Shown: positions 59,164 to 61,834 of the stretch, one piece after another
How the letters are laid out: each line of letters starts with the position of its first letter
Position numbering within the stretch: the stretch's first letter is position 1
Virus record (IMG/VR): IMGVR_UViG_3300025000_000104
Span: 1 to 61,834 of that record
Length of the DNA: 61,834 bases
Strand: one strand, 5' to 3'
From: a virus
Lineage: Duplodnaviria; Caudoviricetes
Program-made: the position numbers and the translations under genes
The notes under the pieces: model-generated
The model's database searches: none
Told to the model about the DNA's origin: nothing
The model's input: the letters and a program-made list of their open reading frames with translations, nothing else

Positions 59164-60344
59164 TTACAAATGAAATGTATCAAGTTCATTTTCAATCAAT
59201 TAGAGAAATTTATATTAGATTATCATTATTGCAAAACTATTTTGTAATTGAAGATGGTAAGAAAGTAAGAAAGTTTAGGAAAGTTGGAGAAATCCAAGGT
59301 AATGCTATAGGTGGGGATATTAATATTGATGCAAATTCTGCTATAAGAAGAAGATGTTCAATTAATTTAGCAATTACTGATAGCAGTTTTTTAATTTCTG
59401 AGGATAGTAAAATATGGTTAGATAAATTGTTTAGAGTTGAAATAGGAATTAAAAACTTAATTACAGATGAAATTGTATGGTTCAATAAAGGAATTTATGC
59501 AATTAATTCTCCATCTGTAAAATATAGTGCAACAGAAAAAACATTGAGTTTAGAAGGATTGGACTTGATGTGTACATTTGACGGAACTTTAGGTGGTTCT
59601 TTAGAAGCTGTAACAATAAAAATCCCTGCCAATACTCCTGTTTTTGATGCTGTAAAAACTATTGCAACATCATTTGGGTATATTAGTAAAAATAATCTAT
59701 ATATCGAACAAAATACGGCAACTATTCCTTATGAATTAGAAGTGCAAGCTGGAGATTCTGTTTATTCTTTATTGGAAAAAATTAGGGATCTATATATGGA
59801 CTTTGAGATGTTTTTTGACGAGGGTGGGCGGTTCATTTATCAAAAAATAAAAAGCAGATATGTCTCTACTAATCCTAGTATAAATGATATTGTTTCTTAT
59901 AGTTTCCTAGAAGAAAATGATTTAGCAGTGGATTATTCTATTGATTATAATTTTAGTAATGTTCGCAACAAAATTATTATTTATGGGAAAATGTTGGATA
60001 ATGGCATACAGGTAAAATATATATTAGAAAATACTGATGAAAACAGTCCATTTAATATTAATAAACCAATGGGTATAATTCCTTTTGTTTTTAAGGATGA
60101 TAACATATTCACAGAAGATCAAGCAGAACAACGAGCGAATTATGAATACTATTTGCACAATAATATGTGTGAGAAAGTAAATATTGATTTGGCACCATTA
60201 TATTTTCTAGAATGCAATTTGATGGTTGAGTTCAATAAATCAGAAATAAATTTATTTGGAAAATATTTAATTGATTCAATATCCATACCACTTTCGCATG
60301 ATGGAAATAGCAGTCTTAGCACACACAAGGTTTATGAACAATAA
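59160..60344 (+). CDS. Baseplate hub/tail-tip protein
   Basis: INIDANSAIRRRCSI...GKYLIDSISIPL; hub-like size and position. Confidence 0.65.
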   Translation: MITNEMYQVHFQSIREIYIRLSLLQNYFVIEDGKKVRKFRKVGEIQGNAIGGDINIDANSAIRRRCSINLAITDSSFLISEDSKIWLDKLFRVEIGIKNLITDEIVWFNKGIYAINSPSVKYSATEKTLSLEGLDLMCTFDGTLGGSLEAVTIKIPANTPVFDAVKTIATSFGYISKNNLYIEQNTATIPYELEVQAGDSVYSLLEKIRDLYMDFEMFFDEGGRFIYQKIKSRYVSTNPSINDIVSYSFLEENDLAVDYSIDYNFSNVRNKIIIYGKMLDNGIQVKYILENTDENSPFNINKPMGIIPFVFKDDNIFTEDQAEQRANYEYYLHNNMCEKVNIDLAPLYFLECNLMVEFNKSEINLFGKYLIDSISIPLSHDGNSSLSTHKVYEQ

Positions 60345-60365
60345 ATAGAAAAAGGAGGAATTTAA

Positions 60366-61834
60366 TTGCCGACAAATGAGGAATCTAGCTTCGTATCACC
60401 ATTATATCTTGTAGATACGTTTGAAGAGCTTCAAGATTTGAGATATTCAGATTTGGCAACAATTGATGAATATCGTGAATTAAAGATGAAGAAAAATGAC
60501 GGAATAGCAGTTGATGAAATAAGATTAGCAGAATTAGAATTGATATTTCAAAATAAGATTGTTACAAGTTCAAGATGGAATAAATTTCAAAATGCATTAT
60601 TAGGAATGCAAAATTTTATAAAAACCGAAGTGCAGGACTATGTAGTAGACAAACAAACTGAGATGGAAATATTTGTAACAACAAAAGAAGCTGAATTTCA
60701 AACCGAAATTAATAAATTTACAGACAAAGGTACTTTTAATCCTGATATTCTATATTACAAAAATAATTTTGTTTCGTACAATGACGGGACAGGAATTAAA
60801 ACTTATCTAGCAATTCAAAATCCACCTTTAGGAACATTACCAACAAATACTACATATTTCAGACTCCTTACCATAACTGGGCAAAAAGGCGAAGATGGTG
60901 TTGGAATTGGACTTACATTTAAAGGTGCATGGAACAATAGCACAGTATATGCAAAAGACTGGGGTGTGCAATTTGGTGGATTATTATTTGCATCATTAAT
61001 TGATAATAATGTTGGTAATCAACCTGATATTAATGGAGATACTGCTGCTTGGGGAGTTGCCCTAGATGTTACTATTACGACTACAAAATTAAGAGGACAA
61101 AGAACAATTGCTTCAGAATCTAATACAGTTAATTTTATAACTGGGGAAATTATTGCATTTAATCCTTCTATTGATGATTTAGAGGTAATTGTTAATACTA
61201 CAAGTGTTGAAAGAGGAATAGATTATACAATCAATATTGATAATCAAAGTATAACGAAAGCAAGTGGTACTTGGGTAGCAGGTACTACTTTTTATTTTAG
61301 AGTTATACGAAATATGATTAATAATTTGGTATTTGGTGATGGTCAGTCAATTTCTGAGGGAACAGTGACAAAAAATAAATTATCTACAGATGTTCAAACA
61401 ACATTGGATGTTGTAGCTGAAAATACCATTAAAATCTCTGTTTTAAATGGTATAGGAGAAATAGTTGAAAAAGCAAATAAGAGTGCATTGGATACTACTA
61501 ATACTAATGTGACCAATTTAAGTAATACAGTTGTGTCGCATTTGGCAGATTATGCGCATCACTACAAAAAAGATGCAGGTAGTTCAGATGCTTATGTCGT
61601 TGCCCTTAATCCTACTATTACTTCTTACACAGAGGGTATGACGCTAGATATATTCTGTAAAACCGCTAACACAGGAGCAGCTACATTAGATGCTGGTGGT
61701 GGTGCAAAAGATTTAAGGAAATATTACAATGACGCTCTAGAAACTGGGGACATTGAGGCGGGGGCAATTATAACCGTCAAATGGGATTCAGCAAATGATT
61801 GGTGGCAAGTGACGAGTGGCATCAAAGTAACCGT
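60366..61834 (+). CDS. Tail fibre protein, runs off the window end (not in ORF track)
   Basis: SD AAGGAGG, TTG 60366; open frame with GQKGEDG, FKGAWNNSTVY, SHLADY and YTEGMTL..K..NTGAATL fibre motifs. Confidence 0.8.
   Translation, partial: MPTNEESSFVSPLYLVDTFEELQDLRYSDLATIDEYRELKMKKNDGIAVDEIRLAELELIFQNKIVTSSRWNKFQNALLGMQNFIKTEVQDYVVDKQTEMEIFVTTKEAEFQTEINKFTDKGTFNPDILYYKNNFVSYNDGTGIKTYLAIQNPPLGTLPTNTTYFRLLTITGQKGEDGVGIGLTFKGAWNNSTVYAKDWGVQFGGLLFASLIDNNVGNQPDINGDTAAWGVALDVTITTTKLRGQRTIASESNTVNFITGEIIAFNPSIDDLEVIVNTTSVERGIDYTINIDNQSITKASGTWVAGTTFYFRVIRNMINNLVFGDGQSISEGTVTKNKLSTDVQTTLDVVAENTIKISVLNGIGEIVEKANKSALDTTNTNVTNLSNTVVSHLADYAHHYKKDAGSSDAYVVALNPTITSYTEGMTLDIFCKTANTGAATLDAGGGAKDLRKYYNDALETGDIEAGAIITVKWDSANDWWQVTSGIKVT

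Noticed and set aside
54699-61834. Diversity-generating retroelement acting on fibre genes
   Set aside because: No reverse transcriptase or template/variable repeat pair seen in this window.

Overview
This window is the late (virion morphogenesis) region of a large, AT-rich Firmicutes siphophage or prophage. Its gene order resembles Bacillus phage SPbeta: PhoH, HU, a YonK-like protein, a metallophosphoesterase, ClpP, terminase subunits, portal, protease/scaffold, decoration protein, major capsid, head-tail joining proteins, tail tube, a fibre-like protein, RuvC, a tyrosine recombinase, an accessory island, a 2670-aa tape measure, then baseplate and fibre genes. Eight free-standing endonuclease genes (GIY-YIG or PD-(D/E)xK/Vsr-like) sit between core genes. 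The main signal is that seven of the eight have a short multi-hairpin 5' RNA. Its exposed 6-10 nt segment is complementary to one or, usually, two downstream repeats at or beside the gene's own ribosome-binding site, and each gene has a different, co-varying code. This looks like a C4/CI-type antisense 'lock' family for mobile endonucleases. A second signal lies downstream of the tyrosine recombinase, where ~105-bp related sites and duplicated terminators delimit single-gene cassettes (integron-like array). An IS200/IS605 TnpB element interrupts the array and its guide comes from a truncated cassette gene. All calls were made by eye from motifs and synteny; no database searches or folding programs were run.
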